Positions 37,784 to 52,859 are shown, counted from the first letter of the stretch. The stretch is DNA of 64,000 nt from Eledone cirrhosa (GCA_964016885.1 OZ024743.1:290532001-290596000); one strand, 5' to 3'. Notes: a model not told the origin generated them from the letters alone. A program made the numbers and translations.

Positions 37784-39861
37784 GAATTATATTACGTGGC
37801 TCGGAAAATCCTTTCCTGGAGCAATTTTATTTGTAAAGGACTATTTAGAATTGCTAACTCAATAATACTTTTGATAAATTCGCCTCCTTGACATTTTTTA
37901 AGTTTAATAATTGCCGCGTGAACCAGGCTGCTATTTTTAACAGTATACGTTTTTATGAGACACTCTAGGTTCTGAATGCCACGTGCGTATTTCTAGCGTC
38001 GCGTTTCATTTAGTCTTCTAAGAACCCTAGAACAGAATGTTGTACAAATCTTTTACATCCACTGAAGAGCAATAGCATTTTTAATTCCCTCACTTGATGC
38101 GAAACAGTTTTAACCAACGAATGGTTGGAATGGTGAAATCTATGCACCGAAGGACATAATGTAGACTGATTGAAATTGACATTCCAACTCGCAGGGCATA
38201 CTCTTGTGGATGGCCAACATCATCCAGAAAGCGAGAAAGCGGTGATAGATTGTTGTAGATGATCAGTTTTCATTGCTGCGTGTTCAACGACAAACCTATC
38301 ACAAATCAACCGATAATTCAACAGCTGGCGGTTTTCGGTTTGTCATGTGACTAATACAGGCTATTATATTTAACTATATAATGTTTTTGAATATAGAGAT
38401 GTATTCAGTTTTAGGTGTGATGCTGTACGCAATTAATGTATGTTTATTAAGATGTTCTTAGCGTTTAACCCGGTATTTATATTTGTTTTCTCCCCAAGCA
38501 ATGTTTCTTGTTAAATGCATAACTGTTTTTATATTAATGCTTTGTATTAATATGTTTTGATTAAATGTCTCTATCAGCACTGGTCTTGGAATGTGTTGAA
38601 TACCTCATTGTGTTCGTAGAGTTAAAAGGGTGGTTAAATTTAGATGTTGGCATGCCATTCTGAACGCTTTTTCCGAGTTCCGTTGAATGTGCTATATTCT
38701 TCAAGTGTCTATTTCTAACTTTCCCAGTAACTACATAGATGTATTCCACTTTCAGCTAACTGTAATAATATTTTTATAAATTAGTAAGTTTCTATCAGAC
38801 AAGTCTTCGTTCAGCATTCTATACCATCCTTTTAGTAACTATCTAGAAACTCTACACCAAATATGCTTTTCATTAAGATTTAGAGAGAGATCATTCAGAC
38901 ATTAATTAGCTCGGTGTATCTGTTGGGGATGTGTACTTAATTATTAATGTTTCATCCCAACGTTATGTCTATCACATTGTCATTTGTATAATATGAAGTA
39001 AAATATTTCCCTCATACTTATTAAAAATGTAACACTGTTGAAATAAATTTCAGATATTTGCTTTACTTCAAATAATTGTACATAGATGCTGACGTGAATA
39101 TAATGGCATTCACACTTTAAATAATCATAAGCTTCTAGTAAAGATATGTCAATGTTTTTATTGACTATACATATCTAATATATTATCATTTTCATTAGCA
39201 GTTATGAGTTATATTGTAACCTATTCAAGACTAACAGCAAGCGAAGCGAGGTAATGTGTGATAAATTACTTGAATTAGCGGTGTGGGTAGACAAAAAGAG
39301 AATGCGGATTAACGTGTGTTGGTTAGGCGTGTATTATGATTGCATTAAGTGCGCATGCGTATTCTGTGAACGAGTGGATCATGTGCATACTAATATATGT
39401 ATATTGGTTGCGTGTACATACATAAACACGCACTCATGATCTCAAAGATGCACGTACACACACATGTACATGCAACAGCCCACACTCAAGCGCCCATAGC
39501 AACACACACACATATATATATGAATATAAATAAACATACACACGAAAATGCGCTCTCGGTGGGCCAAGTAAGATATGTGTGTTCCGTGTGTTTATTCATT
39601 TTTCTTGTTGGATGTTGTTCATGCGGACACATGTGTATATTTATTTTACTGAAGAGTCTCCCAGCGAAGGACCCGGTGCGAAATTTAGGTGTGGTTTGAG
39701 CGTGCGCATCCCTTAAAACTTATGGGCGTGAGCGTTCTGTGCCCTTGTTTGGATGTGCGACTGCCAGCGTGAGTGTGCATTTAAATAGTATTCAAGTGTT
39801 TTACCCTCCGCGTTGGCGAAGATGTCTAATGTGGAAGCATATTTTGTAAACCATGTGTTTG

Positions 39862-39911
<50 letters not shown>

Positions 39912-39997
39912 AATGTTAAACACAAAAACTACACAATCGGCACAGTATATAGACGAGTTGAAAGAGAAACTGTGTATAAGAAGGGTAAACTGTAGAG

Positions 39998-40297
39998 AAG
40001 ACTGCGTCGGTATGGAGATGTGATGCACATGGCGGATGTACATGGAGGATGAACACGGAGGATGCACTTCGAAGATGCACATCGAGGATGACCGCTGGGT
40101 AAAGAAGTACCAAGAAATCCCAGTGGAAGGAAGACCACATAATTCAAGAGCGGAGGACGTGAGAGCTGACCTCAAATCGTTGAAGGTCAGAAAGGAAATG
40201 ACGAAGGATATTGACTAATGGAGAGATGATGTGCTGAAAAGGAACCATCCCACCCTTGCTAGTAAGGCAAAGCGGACGTAAAAAAAAATGATGATGA
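39998..40297 (+). mobile_element. RTE LINE 3' end
   Basis: RLRRYGDVMHM...WVKK...VEGRP...WR; ends ggacgtaaaa...(tga)n. Confidence 0.75.
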
Positions 40298-40311
40298 TAT
40301 ATATATATATA

Positions 40312-40630
40312 TATTTATTAAAATAACAGATTAAAGCTTAAGCAAAGAATCGCTGCTTTCACCCTTAACGGGATCTTCTGAAACTAAAAGCGTCAATCTG
40401 TGAATGCAGAAGTAAATATTTCAAAAAACGTTGCAACCGGAGGAAGACAGGAAGACGATACTTTGGTTCGTGGAAACGTTCCCTGGCAAAGAACGGGAAA
40501 AAACGAAGATAATACATCATTATTCGGAGCGGTGAAAAACAATTACACGCAAAGACAAAACCACGTTCATGGTATAAAAGAAGTCGTAGACTAATATTCT
40601 ATTAGGTGGTTCATGGAGACGTTCTCTGGC
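40312..40630 (-). repeat. family A pseudo-LTR fragment
   Basis: Direct match to 4405-4725. Confidence 0.88.
40335..40385 (-). ncRNA. hammerhead-like ribozyme, U4A variant (best-preserved family A copy)
   Basis: agttt CAGAAGA t ccc-gttaa-ggg t GAA agca-gcgattctt-tgct t aagct. Confidence 0.6.
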
Positions 40631-40631
40631 A

Positions 40632-40888
40632 TGTGTGTATATTACCTTGATCACCTTGACCGACCAGTCTGTCGGGCGCCAAACGGCGCCGCTGGTCACA
40701 GCACGTCGTGCTGTTTTAGCTATAAGATAACGCCATCCCACTGGCTGGGCGGGCAGGCCGGTATTCATTTCTACAGCCGAGTAAACTGGAGCAACTTGAA
40801 ACAAAGTGTCTTGCTCAAGGAAACAACATATCACCCGGTCCGAGAATTGAACTCACAACATTTCGGTTGCAAGCCCAATGCTTTAACC
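40632..40888 (-). mobile_element. tRNA-derived CORE-like SINE
   Basis: gaaggcgcatggcttagtggttaaagc...gagttcaattc...tccttgagcaagacactt. Confidence 0.8.
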
Positions 40889-41059
40889 ACTAAGCCATGC
40901 GCCTTCACATGTGTGTATATATACATACATATATATATTTATAAACATACACACACACGTGCACAATCTCTAACCCCCTCTCCACACATACACACACACG
41001 CGCACCCCCTCCCCCCACACACATATATATATATATATATTTATATGTGTAAAAGGTAA

Positions 41060-41840
41060 ACACAAATAACAACACAATTGGTACAGTATAAGGAAAGAAT
41101 GGATTAGGTTAATGCTTGAAATAACAGGAAGAGAGTGTTAACGTTTCAGACGCTAGTCATTCATCAGAAGAGTGAAGGAGAAATCAGAAAAAACTGAAGA
41201 GACGGGTGGGGTGGAATTGGAAACATGATTTTGGAGAATAATAATAGGGCTATTCATGTTGAAATATCTTGGAAAACTGTTGATGTTAGCGTTTTATGTA
41301 TGATATTTTTTTTTGAAAAGTGAATGATGTGGCACGTCTACTTAAATGGAAAAAAAAAACCTTTTGTGTAAAGCGCTATACTTGTGCGCGCACGCTCACT
41401 TGTGTGTATGTTATTATACGTCTGTACGAAGCTAAGAGGGTATACGTGTGTAAAAGAGTGTGTGTGTACTTATAAGTACGAAGCTATGAGCAAAAGTTTG
41501 TTATTATAAGGGTTTGTGTGTGTGTATACAGAGCTGTGAAGGGAAAAGTGGAGTGTACGTATTTTATTTGTCTGTATTAGCTGTAAGAGTATATGTTTCA
41601 GACCATAAGAAAGCAATTGGAATCCAGGGGTGAATGTACAAACGCGTGTGTGATAACGGGCCGGTTATTAAATACATTGGGGGTGGGGTTAAGTCCTGAG
41701 GGAAACAGGACCCAATGCGATAAATCCAACTCTCTTCAGTCTTGGTGCGCGAGGCCAGTGATCCGTGATGTAAAAGGGTACACAGGTCGGACACATGTAG
41801 GGATAAGGGACCAGGAGAACGGAAATTTATCCGGAATGTC
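41060..41840 (-). mobile_element. PLE 3' fragment (endonuclease C-terminus, 3' UTR and decayed HHR at 41134-41172)
   Basis: SRTKTEESWIYRIGSCFPQDL resembles the PLE EN end. CTGATGA at gac-tagc-gtc t GAAACGTT is present but stem I is mutated. Confidence 0.6.
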
Positions 41841-42829
41841 TGTGTGTGTGTGAGAGTGAGAGCGAGAGAGAGCGCGTGTGTGTGTGTGTGTGTTCATAAA
41901 CACACATATATTAAGAAATTGAACGATAGTTAAATTTAGTATTACTCGTAATTTTTCTATATGAAACATTTCATCAACTATATATTTATTCATAATATAC
42001 TTTTGTTTTGATTATAAAACAACATAATTGCATTAGAATTATCTATATAATAGATCGGTTTTTATTTTACAACGTTCGTAATTATATTATCAATGCCTGT
42101 AGGGTGGATGAAATAATTATGAATATATAGCTTTGTGTTATTGGCTACTTGCATTTATCTTCCAATATTGCTATGCAAAATCAACTGAGCACGAAATTAT
42201 TAATTTAATGTACTAACACTTTTCCTGTGTCCAGACATGAAAATTAAAATCACAAATATTTCCAGACAATAGGTTTTTACCTCACAGAATGTCCGAATAA
42301 ACGTCTAACTTTTGGTTATATATTGATATGTTAGAAATAAATGTAATGAACTGTCAAAATAAACATCAGTATGAGACATTGTCATGAATATTTATTTGAG
42401 CAGCTGTTAAGTGATTGTAAATGATATTTTCAATACATAAACGTCATTCTCCTTTTTCATTATTCTCGCCCCTAATTTACGAATTACACCCTAATTTGAA
42501 AGAGATTATCCTTTCATAGAGAAGAGGGCAAAAAAACGCACTATGATTTCTGAATTCAGTTGGTGTAAGTTTACAAAGAATATTGCGTTTACCAAAGCAG
42601 CGCACAACACCAAATGATACTTCAGGAATATTGTAGGTGGCTAAACATCGGCATGGTGACCTCTTCACGAAACGCCAATTTTAACACTTCATACATATCA
42701 CCAACATTATATGTGCCAGCGTGTTTGTTTGATCCACATCTCAAAGGTTCTAACCTCGCATCTTGTACAGTCAAACATTTACTCAGCTCGCCGCCACAGA
42801 AATATATTATCTCACATATAGTACGCCCT

Positions 42830-43140
42830 ATTCTATGAAAGGTGACCATGGTTTTACACACAGAAAGTTCCACTCCGAGGCAAAATCCTAAACAATGTGT
42901 GCATGTGGAAGACAAGCAGTCGCCCATGCATGAGCGTCTCCCCTCTCCACGCCACCGATGTTGCACAAAGGAAATAAACAACCAATATATATGAGCACCA
43001 CTGACGTCCCAACTTATTTCTAGAGCTGAGCGAAGTGGAGCAGCATGAAATTCTGTGTTTGTCCAAGAACACAACGCACCGCCAGGTCCGGGATTCGAAC
43101 TCACAACCTCATGATATCACCACTAAGCCACGCGCCTTCC
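42830..43140 (-). mobile_element. tRNA-derived CORE-like SINE
   Basis: gaaggcgcgtggcttagtgg...gagttcgaatcc...tgtgttcttggacaaacac. Confidence 0.75.
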
Positions 43141-43815
43141 CAATATACACGCACAAATAGGCACAAACGCTTACACACATGCACATATTAATAAATATTA
43201 TGCAATGGTTACATCCAATTTTAAAACTCTCTCGTATGTAAGATACATTCTAACACCCCTTCCCAAAAATGGCTGATGAAAGAAACGTGCTTTCCTCCCG
43301 TCATGTTGTTTTCGTTTCAATCACTTATCACTCTCGTTTATCGCTCTACGTACTGATGAAACACTAACGTGCGACATGTTACGACATTTTCCTCTTAAAC
43401 GAATATATATGATTATTTTACTGTACCGTATTCCAAAGGGGTTTGCACTCCAATATAATACACCTATTCTCGCCATTATTTGTAACACCCTACCGCCGTA
43501 TTAACCTATTCTATAGGACATTCTATTCTGAACTTTTACTAAAGACAATTACTAAAGTGTACGGGAGCCATTTCGGATAGTGTATTCGATATCAGACAAA
43601 ACACACTTCTATTCCGGAACTGCTTACCAAATTCACTGCACATATTTCACATGTGCAATAGATAATTTAGCTCTATTGGAACCCATTTTGTCTATAATTA
43701 ATATGTCCACTCTATTTAAAGCATCTACTTTATCATCGAGTATGTGGGGAACGAACGCGATTAATATATGTGTTGCCAAAATCAGAACAGCCTTGATTAA
43801 GTTCTAAAATACTAC

Positions 43816-43848
<33 letters not shown>

Positions 43849-44959
43849 ACAAATAGTTTAACATGTATCAGATAAATTAAGATGCAACAACAAAATGTCT
43901 TATTTACTTATGTCTCTTTGGAATGCCGTTAGAATTAAATTCGATACATATATATATAAATATGTATACACACATATATAAATATGTATACATGCATACA
44001 ATTATGTATACACACACACACAGATGTATATATATATATATGCATGTATACATAGAAACATCCATACATCCATCCATCGATACATATGTAATACCTCTTT
44101 AGATTACTTTGCTATGGCGATGTGAATCCGATATCGACCTCAATATAACACGAGCGATACTTAAAATACTCATGTCTGAATACCAAAATTTGAACTCACA
44201 GCAGAAAGGAGCAGAATACACTGCAAAATATTTCAATTGATATATACAATTGCGACAACTGCCCTCTTCCCCACTTTCTAACCTCCAAAAATAACACATT
44301 TGGTTATATACTACATACAACTGTCAATCATTACACCGAAGTTACCTCGTTTACCACGCCCTTATAAACTGTTGTGGAAGATTAAAAGCGAAACTTCGGA
44401 GAAACTGGAAATATAAATCTTATATTTAGTTTCATGTTGTCAAAATACCAAGACTTGTTATTTGCAAAATATTCAATACTGATAATGACATTAGATTGCT
44501 ACGTTGTAAGCCATTTTGCCATCACCTTTGAAACTTGTCCTTTAATGAATACTTTAGTGTTGAGTCATATATCATAGGATTTCAATATTCTGAACTGGGA
44601 TTGATTCCGCTTCATAGCAATAATTCAATTGTGAAAGAAATAGTAACAAAAAATATATAGGAAAAAAATCAAAAACAAAAATAAATCACTTACATAAAGA
44701 ATCAACGAGAGAGCATTTCTATTGTATAACTTGCTATTGAACCTGCGTCACTTTGCTCTAAAGCTTAATACCCGTGTAATTTGCCCCCCAAAAAATCGAA
44801 TAACTGAAATGATGGCATTAAGGGTGACTGTGAGTAGAGTTCATGCAAAAGAGGAGTTAAAAGAAAAGAAAAACGAAAGGAAAAATCTCACAAAGATTTA
44901 AACAGAATTATTGAATTCGTGACGCTTTCGATTATTTATTTTCTTTTCAGTTTATTATC

Positions 44960-45007
44960 ATTCTTCTCCTTCTTCTTCTTCTTCTTCTTCTTCTTCTTCT
45001 TCTTCTT

Positions 45008-45038
<31 letters not shown>

Positions 45039-45091
45039 TCATTCTTCTTATCATTCTTCTTCTTCTTCTTCTTCTTCTTCTTCTTCTTCTT

Positions 45092-45159
<68 letters not shown>

Positions 45160-45160
45160 T
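44960..45160. repeat. (TTC)n/(TTA)n microsatellite
   Basis: Direct reading of the sequence. Confidence 0.95.
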
Positions 45161-45859
45161 TTTGTGGCTATTGACCTACCCACTTACCCTTCTGCCTATC
45201 AAACTTGGCTGCGTGTTTCATCTTTCATCTCTCTTCACCAGCCACAAGCCATTTAGAGGACATTAGTATTTTGCTAGTAAATTAAAGAATTATGTAGATG
45301 TTATTCAAGATCTATAATATCTTGGCTTTTTAAAGAAAAGCCTCTTCACCTTTTGCTTCAATGCTGTGTCCTTTGAACAGACGTAGTAAAATTCAATCGC
45401 GCCTACTTCAAATAGAAATATCGTTCCTTTTGTTGTATCCCTAGAGGATATAGCAGAGAGTTTAGCTTGGCTCTTACTGTAGTAGATGTAGCCGTTTAAT
45501 CTAAAAAGCCGTGTCCGCCATTTAGTAATAGACATTTTTTTCTTTTATGTCTTGTAATAGAGCCGATACTGTAGCGAGCTCCGTGGAACAAGAGATAAGA
45601 TCCAGCTCTACTGCTTTCATGATGCAGTTTCGATATTTCGTTGCTAATATGTTTAATAAAATCATGCTTGTCGCAACTTCTCATCTCTTCTCTTTTCAAG
45701 TCTATAGCATTTGTAGTAAGCCAAACACACAGTCTAAGCAATAATGAAGTAAACAATTGTAAAACCTTCACAAATTTGTGAGTAAACGAATTGTAATCAG
45801 ATGTATGCTCCTCTTAGAACATGCGTGCTTTGTGAAATATATGTATTCCCTGTGCAATG

Positions 45860-46003
45860 TTATTCATGTAAATGTGTGATGGGCCATAACGCAGCAGAGT
45901 TCTCAATACATAGGGTAGTAGTGTGGGTAATAGGAAAAGAATCACCTAGATCCGAACCTAGCTGTCGAGATGACCGGAGCCGTCGGGGTCCTGTCTTTTC
46001 TCC
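45860..46003. repeat. family D-related pseudo-LTR fragment
   Basis: gatgggccataacgcagcagagttctcaatacatagggtagtagtgtggg and gccgtcggggtc match 36965-37070. Confidence 0.6.
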
Positions 46004-46006
46004 TAT

Positions 46007-46037
<31 letters not shown>

Positions 46038-46040
46038 CAT

Positions 46041-46244
46041 ATATTGTTATACTTTGGGAGGGTCATGTCGCCAATAAGAAACACACGCAGCAGTTGCTTT
46101 CACTTCAATTTATTATAATAAATTGAAGTGAAAGCAACTGGTGCGTGTGTTTCTTATTGGCAACATGACCCTCCCAAAGTATAACAATATCGGTTTCAAC
46201 ACACGTTTTCAGATAAAGAATCTTGCTAAACAAATTCAGAAACG

Positions 46245-46245
<1 letters not shown>
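46041..46245. repeat. family B: 150-bp spacerless palindrome (46041-46190) plus extension
   Basis: Centre ttcaatttatta|taataaattgaa. Confidence 0.85.
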
Positions 46246-46282
<37 letters not shown>

Positions 46283-46413
46283 ATGCAAATAAATTTGAAG
46301 ACTAAAATCCAAAGAGGGCTCGATAAGGATAAATATATATCGAATATATAAAAACGGTAGAGCTAATATTAAGAGTGAAAGCAGCGATTCTTTGCTTAAA
46401 CTTTAATCTGTTA

Positions 46414-46950
<537 letters not shown>

Positions 46951-46959
46951 ATATATATA

Positions 46960-47220
46960 TCCAGTGAGTGTAACTTGAATTTACTGTAGGTTGACCCGGG
47001 TGAGCACTCGATGTTTAGGTTCACTTAATTGTCTAGGTGTGGAACTATACAGAGTGTATTGTAGTTAAATAAAATAACAAGGACGATTCGTTACTCCTTG
47101 ATTACGTTTATTGTTTGCTGACGCGGGTTTCGCCACTGACCAGCTCAAGGTACGATCAGTATCGATCTGACCTAACTCTGTAATCCGCAGCCCGTCAGAC
47201 CCCTTGTAATGTTAATGGAA

Positions 47221-47261
<41 letters not shown>

Positions 47262-47900
47262 ATTTAGATGAATTAGTATTTATATAATTTACATATGCAG
47301 AATGCGTGCGTTTCACTAAGTTGGACATTTCGTCATGCCTGTTGAGAGGTTGACTTATGAATTAGATTATGGAGATATATCGAGATGATGGACTAGTCTT
47401 ATCGAGCCCCAAAATTGACCATAACTAAAAAACAGTTATTTGTCTTAATAACCACATTTAATAACTTAATAACCACATTTAATGAGTTAGGATTAAAATC
47501 TATAGTAGCCACCAACCATACTAGGGTCGTTTATATATACATCATCCCAGAATTTAGCACACATTCATAGAAACATTTCCATAAATCTGATAAAACAATT
47601 AACCCACATACACAAACATCCCTCTCTCCTTCCTACGGTTTTTAACAACCTCATTAAGAACACCTGCAAGATCATATCTAACCTTTCTTCTGATAAATCC
47701 TATTTAGGGCGGACTCATGTGCTAATACCACACTCGTGAACAATGGTTTCATCGAAAAATGTTGTACTCCCCTGAACAACACTCAGTTATCGCTAGGAAG
47801 AAAAAATGATAGCCTCCCTTTGGAATTCTCTGGAATGCTTTTACCAGCTACAAAATCTAGAATAGTCAATATATGTACCTAAAACGAGTTTGTCTTATTA
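46960..47900 (+). mobile_element. highly decayed PLE RT remnant preceded by an inverted pseudo-LTR-like segment
   Basis: tatcgagatgatggactagtc = YRDDGLV at ~47378; HHR-like motif on the minus strand at 47115-47203. Confidence 0.55.
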
Positions 47901-48789
47901 TACGAGGGAAACATATTTATGATTCATTTTACAGGATATAACGATAAACATTTTCTAAAACCCGAAAGCAATGCCATATTGGTAACCTCTTCTATTATAT
48001 TTTATTTTCTATTTAAATGTAAATTGCAAACGAGAAAATGCACACCGAAATACTGCCTCTCTGTTTAATCTATTTGTCATCTAAGTCTCTTACGGTTCAC
48101 TAATGTAACTACCGGTACAAATAGATGAAACTATACCGAGGAAAATACAAAAAAACAAAAAAAACATCAAATCATTTACAACCAATAAAATATATAGGAA
48201 TGAATTTTTGTTTAATGGTCTTAGATTTAAAAAGAAAAGTTGTCACTCAACTTCAATTCTGTTTGCTACTCATAAATTCGTGACGATCATATTACAATTT
48301 TCATGTCAAATTAACAAGATCAAATAGATTTGAAGGTGCACATGAGGTTATACAAGTGCATCTAACACCACATCTTTTATTGATCATGCGCAGGAAGATA
48401 CATGAGACAAAGCTTATAGCTACGACACACGTATCAGTATTAATATAATTCGACTCAAGTAATCGTATATTCGTAAGTATAGTTGGTAGCACATTCAATA
48501 ATTTTCTGCGGAGTTAACCATTTTCCTCCACTGATTTTATATACTGTCCAGTATAACTTGACTGTAGAGGTAAGAAGATCGTTTGTCTTATACGTGGTTT
48601 ACTTGAAAGTCCATTGAGCGGCATCGAATGAGCAGACGTATCCAGAGGACAATTACCATGTGTGTTAGGGAGATTATATTTTCCACAATATATTAAGTAA
48701 GCTATTCCATGAATGTTATCGAAGTACAAGCTGTTGCAAAAATTTAGATCAGATCTACCGTCTAAAAGACATGTTTCTCCATTTATCAG

Positions 48790-49550
48790 AAACACTGCTC
48801 AGCGGTGTATCCTTCAGCTGTTAAATTCTGGTAGGGAAAGAGAATTGGTGTGGCGCCGGATGGCAGGGAGACCCCTTAGCATGATCAGGTGGCCAAAGAT
48901 GTCAGAGGAGCAAAGAAGGGGGTAAACAGATCTTGGCTTAGAAATAGGTTTTCTCCTTGCACTTGCGGTACAAACAGGCAAGAGGAATTGCAGGAGAGAT
49001 TGTAAAGGCTTTAAACGTTGAGGCGTTGGAGGACTTTGGGGTTAACATGGAATCCGGCTCCAGACCAGCATATAAAGTGTTCTGCTTGATCAAACGCCGA
49101 ATTCGTAATACCAAGTTCTCTGCCACATATGCTATCAGGAGCGTGTCTGGGGTCCATTCTTGAGAGTGGTGCATCCTGGCGAGGTGAAGAGAGTATATTG
49201 CCGATGCCCTAAAGACGATCATCTTCTGATGTACACGAGGTTCATCGGAGGTTGAGTTGACAATAGCAGTTAAAGAGCCAAATGTGGCAAGGCTGCAGTC
49301 GAAGATAAAACAATGCCCTAGATATTAAAATACTTAAATAGAGAAGATATTCTTTGGCTGACTCATGTGGGCCGGTGGGACTTCTTCTTGGGAAAGGCAC
49401 CTAAACATGGGCAATCGGGAGTGATAATCCTAATTTTCAAAAAACTTGGCCAGAGAGATTGCGCACATTATAGAGGGAGACCTGTTTAAAGGATCAGCTG
49501 TAAAGCCTATGCTAAATGTCTGACAAAGAGATATAGGAAGATTACCACCG
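48790..49550 (+). mobile_element. decayed RTE-like LINE fragment (region upstream of RT)
   Basis: KCGKAAVED and WAIG/QSGVIILIFKK...RDCAHYRG-like segments in broken frames. Confidence 0.6.
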
Positions 49551-49559
49551 AGTAAGATC

Positions 49560-50779
49560 TGTGTGCCCCTCACTAACAGATGCCGAGAACGTAACGTGAT
49601 CTACCGATGCAACGTGAGTATGGAAACCTCCAGTAGAGCTTATATAGGATTAACAGCTTGCGACTTCAAGACCCGGCTCTACCAACACCGAAATACGTTC
49701 CGAAACCCCGCCAGGCGACATGCCACTTCACATCGGGCCACATCTGGGACTTCCAAGATAACAACGTAACATACAATCTTACTTGGAGCTTACTGTCCAG
49801 GGCTAACTTCTACATAGGATGACGCCATCCGTGTAACTTATCCGCGGAGGAAACATTACAAATGATGTTTACGAAGGACCAACTTCTAAACAAAAAAAAG
49901 ACGAACTTGTAACTGCATGTAAACACCGATTGCGTAGGACTTACTTCGCCCTCAAACCCGCTCATGACGCGGGTGGATAGACAATGGCTGCCAGATCCTT
50001 CCTTTCCCCACTTGCCGAATAAGTTAGGGGAAACCCCAGCATGTACAGGTAGATGCATTTCTTTTCTTTTTTCTCTTTCTTTACTTCTTCCCTTTACTCC
50101 TTCTTATCACTTCCTTCCACTCATTCAACTTTTCCTTTTCCTTTTTCCTCTTTCGCCTACCCAAGGTAGCCCATCGGGCTTTTGTAGCCTCAGTACCCCC
50201 ACCCCAGTAAATTATATATAGCTTTGGCTGAAAAAGCCATACAAGCTAAAAATATAGCAAATGCTTTAGACACTAGAGATTTTTTATTATTTTTACTATT
50301 TAATTTTATTATTTTTAGTTTTTTATTTATTATCTTTTAATCTCAGTTTATTAACCTTTTAATTATATAACGTCCCACTCTCAGTATCCCTTTTCGCCTG
50401 CTTACTAACTAGCCTAATTTCATACACACTCCTTAGAATTTACTGTATATAATTCACTTTCAATGTCTGACCGGCTCCAATAACTCCCTCAATGTTCTAC
50501 AGGCATGTTCAGCCACCCAACGTCATGAAAGATTTAATTGTGTTTACAAGACATGTTGACCAATCTTTTTGAAAACTACAATCTTTACATTTAAGGAATT
50601 ACCTCCTGAAAATTTCGGCTATTTATTACCACGCTAAAAATTATAATTTAGTCCAGAAATAGCCCCTCGCTGGAGCTCTGCCGTCGGGGTTAAACATTTT
50701 CTATTACACACTCCACTACCCTAAGTATTGAGTACTCTGGTGCGTTATGGTCCATCTGGTTCCTTACCACACTTCCTTC

Positions 50780-50782
<3 letters not shown>
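49560..50782 (+). mobile_element. PLE 3' fragment (GIY-YIG endonuclease and 3' UTR, family D), ending at (TA)n
   Basis: PLTNRCRERNVIYRCNV...AYIGLTACDFKTRLYQH; downstream CNL, LLNKK and CKHR; decayed HHR at 50601-50690. Confidence 0.82.
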
Positions 50783-50849
<67 letters not shown>

Positions 50850-51270
50850 CAAGGTTTAGCAAATAAGAATAAGTCTTAAAATAAATTAAAAACAATTCAC
50901 TGTACCAGCTTTAGTTGTCTTTAACTACGGTTTCTAGTCTCAAAAATAAATGGATAGTCCTTACGGACACCATTGAGGACAAAGACCCTCGTCAGAAGGT
51001 TCTATTCTCGGAAAATATAAAATTCCCGAGTTCAAATTACGAACTGGCGCTATTCAAAATTGTTCCCGAGATGAGAGTGAATGATATAGAAGCAATTCTG
51101 TCCAGTGCCGTATGCAAAGATAGAAGGGAGAGGCGGAAAGGTGAATCCACTGCCACTAGAAATAGCAGCAGTCAAAACGACCAAAATGTTATCTCGACCA
51201 GGGGAGCTTAATAATAATAAAGTATATAATATCCCTACATGAAAAATATATATAGGGACACATGTATTAT

Positions 51271-51348
<78 letters not shown>

Positions 51349-52859
51349 AACACACAAATTCCCCCCCCCCACACACACACACACACCCACATATATATAT
51401 ATATATGTATATAAATGCTCAAACGTAGTTTGATTTTGGATTGTTATTCATTGATGTTATGTTCCTTCTATAATCCGTAGCTGACTTGATCATGTGGAGG
51501 CGTAAATATTAATGGGTTCATTGACTGGATACATTGAGACCTGGTAAAATCAAAAGTATAACATGATAAGTTTCATTACTACTCTGCCTCTAATTATTAT
51601 AGAATTCCAAAGTAATTACACTGTTTATTATTTACTAGATAATGTATTATATAATGAGTTAGACAGAAAGATCTCACGGATTTTCGAAAGGAGGTATTTT
51701 GATATAATTTTCTGGAAATGTTGAAGGTTTCGTATCCAACCTTATATAAGTTGTGACGATGGTATGCACCCTGTGCACTTTTCATTATCATTTACGCCGC
51801 CAAGTAAGCTTGTGTGCGTGTGGGTGGGTGGATGGGTGCGTTGTTTGTTGTGTTTCGTGAGTTTGTATTTATGCACGAACACATAGGCCGAATACATACA
51901 CATCTACACAACTGTAAAGACTAACAGAAAGATAGGCATCACACTTGAGTAGTACGCAAATGCATATACACTATCAAAATATCTACACTCACCAGTAAGC
52001 AGTCAACACCCCTTTTCTCCTTTAGCCCGCATACTTTTTCTTTATTCACACACACACCACCTCGCATCTGCCTCAACCGTGAGCTTCTGTTTTACACAAC
52101 CATCTGAACTTCTATAAATAGTCTACCCCTCTAGAACGTATCTATCAGTCATACAGCAGATACATGCATGTGCATGCGCACACACCCATATGAGTGCGCG
52201 CTCGCACAAGTACAATAAAACAAAACAACACGCACATACAGTGTAAACACACATACATACCAATACTACCAGACTGAGAATGATAACTCATACACCATGG
52301 ATCAAACACACACTAGAAGCGCGCACATGCAAACATGTACACACACACACTGAAGGTAGTAAATTACATGCCCGGAACCACATCAAAAACAATAATATCA
52401 TAAACTTGCGCACCGATATAAGAGAACATTTGGGGAAAGAAATTGAGGAGGGGTAAGTGTGAAAAATATTAAAGAACAGGATGTGATAAGACTTTCTTTC
52501 TTGAACTTGTCTTGACACCTGAATCTCCTGACCTCTTTGTCGACGCTAACACTTTCGTACCTTCCACAGATGTAGCCATTTCCAATGCACTCAAGGTTCA
52601 TCACATAGCAAACAGTCAGCTAAAAAAGAACTCATTTATATAAATACGTAGTATGGTTGCTAGGATGCGTCCATAGCGGTATACACTATGATTCTTCGTT
52701 TTCCATAATATATATATATATATATATATAAATTATATAGATAGCTTTCGCCGTACATTTTACTATAGTATATATTGTAATAACAGGGCATATAGTCGTC
52801 CAGAACGCGGGAGATGGCATCAGCACGCGATATATATATATATATATATATATAGAAAA

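Noticed and set aside
40820-40888. tRNA gene (also 43080-43140 and S1 heads)
   Set aside because: A/B boxes are followed by SINE body and there is no complete cloverleaf.
48301-48795. Two minus-strand ORFs (65 and 93 aa)
   Set aside because: No recognisable family and lengths compatible with chance.
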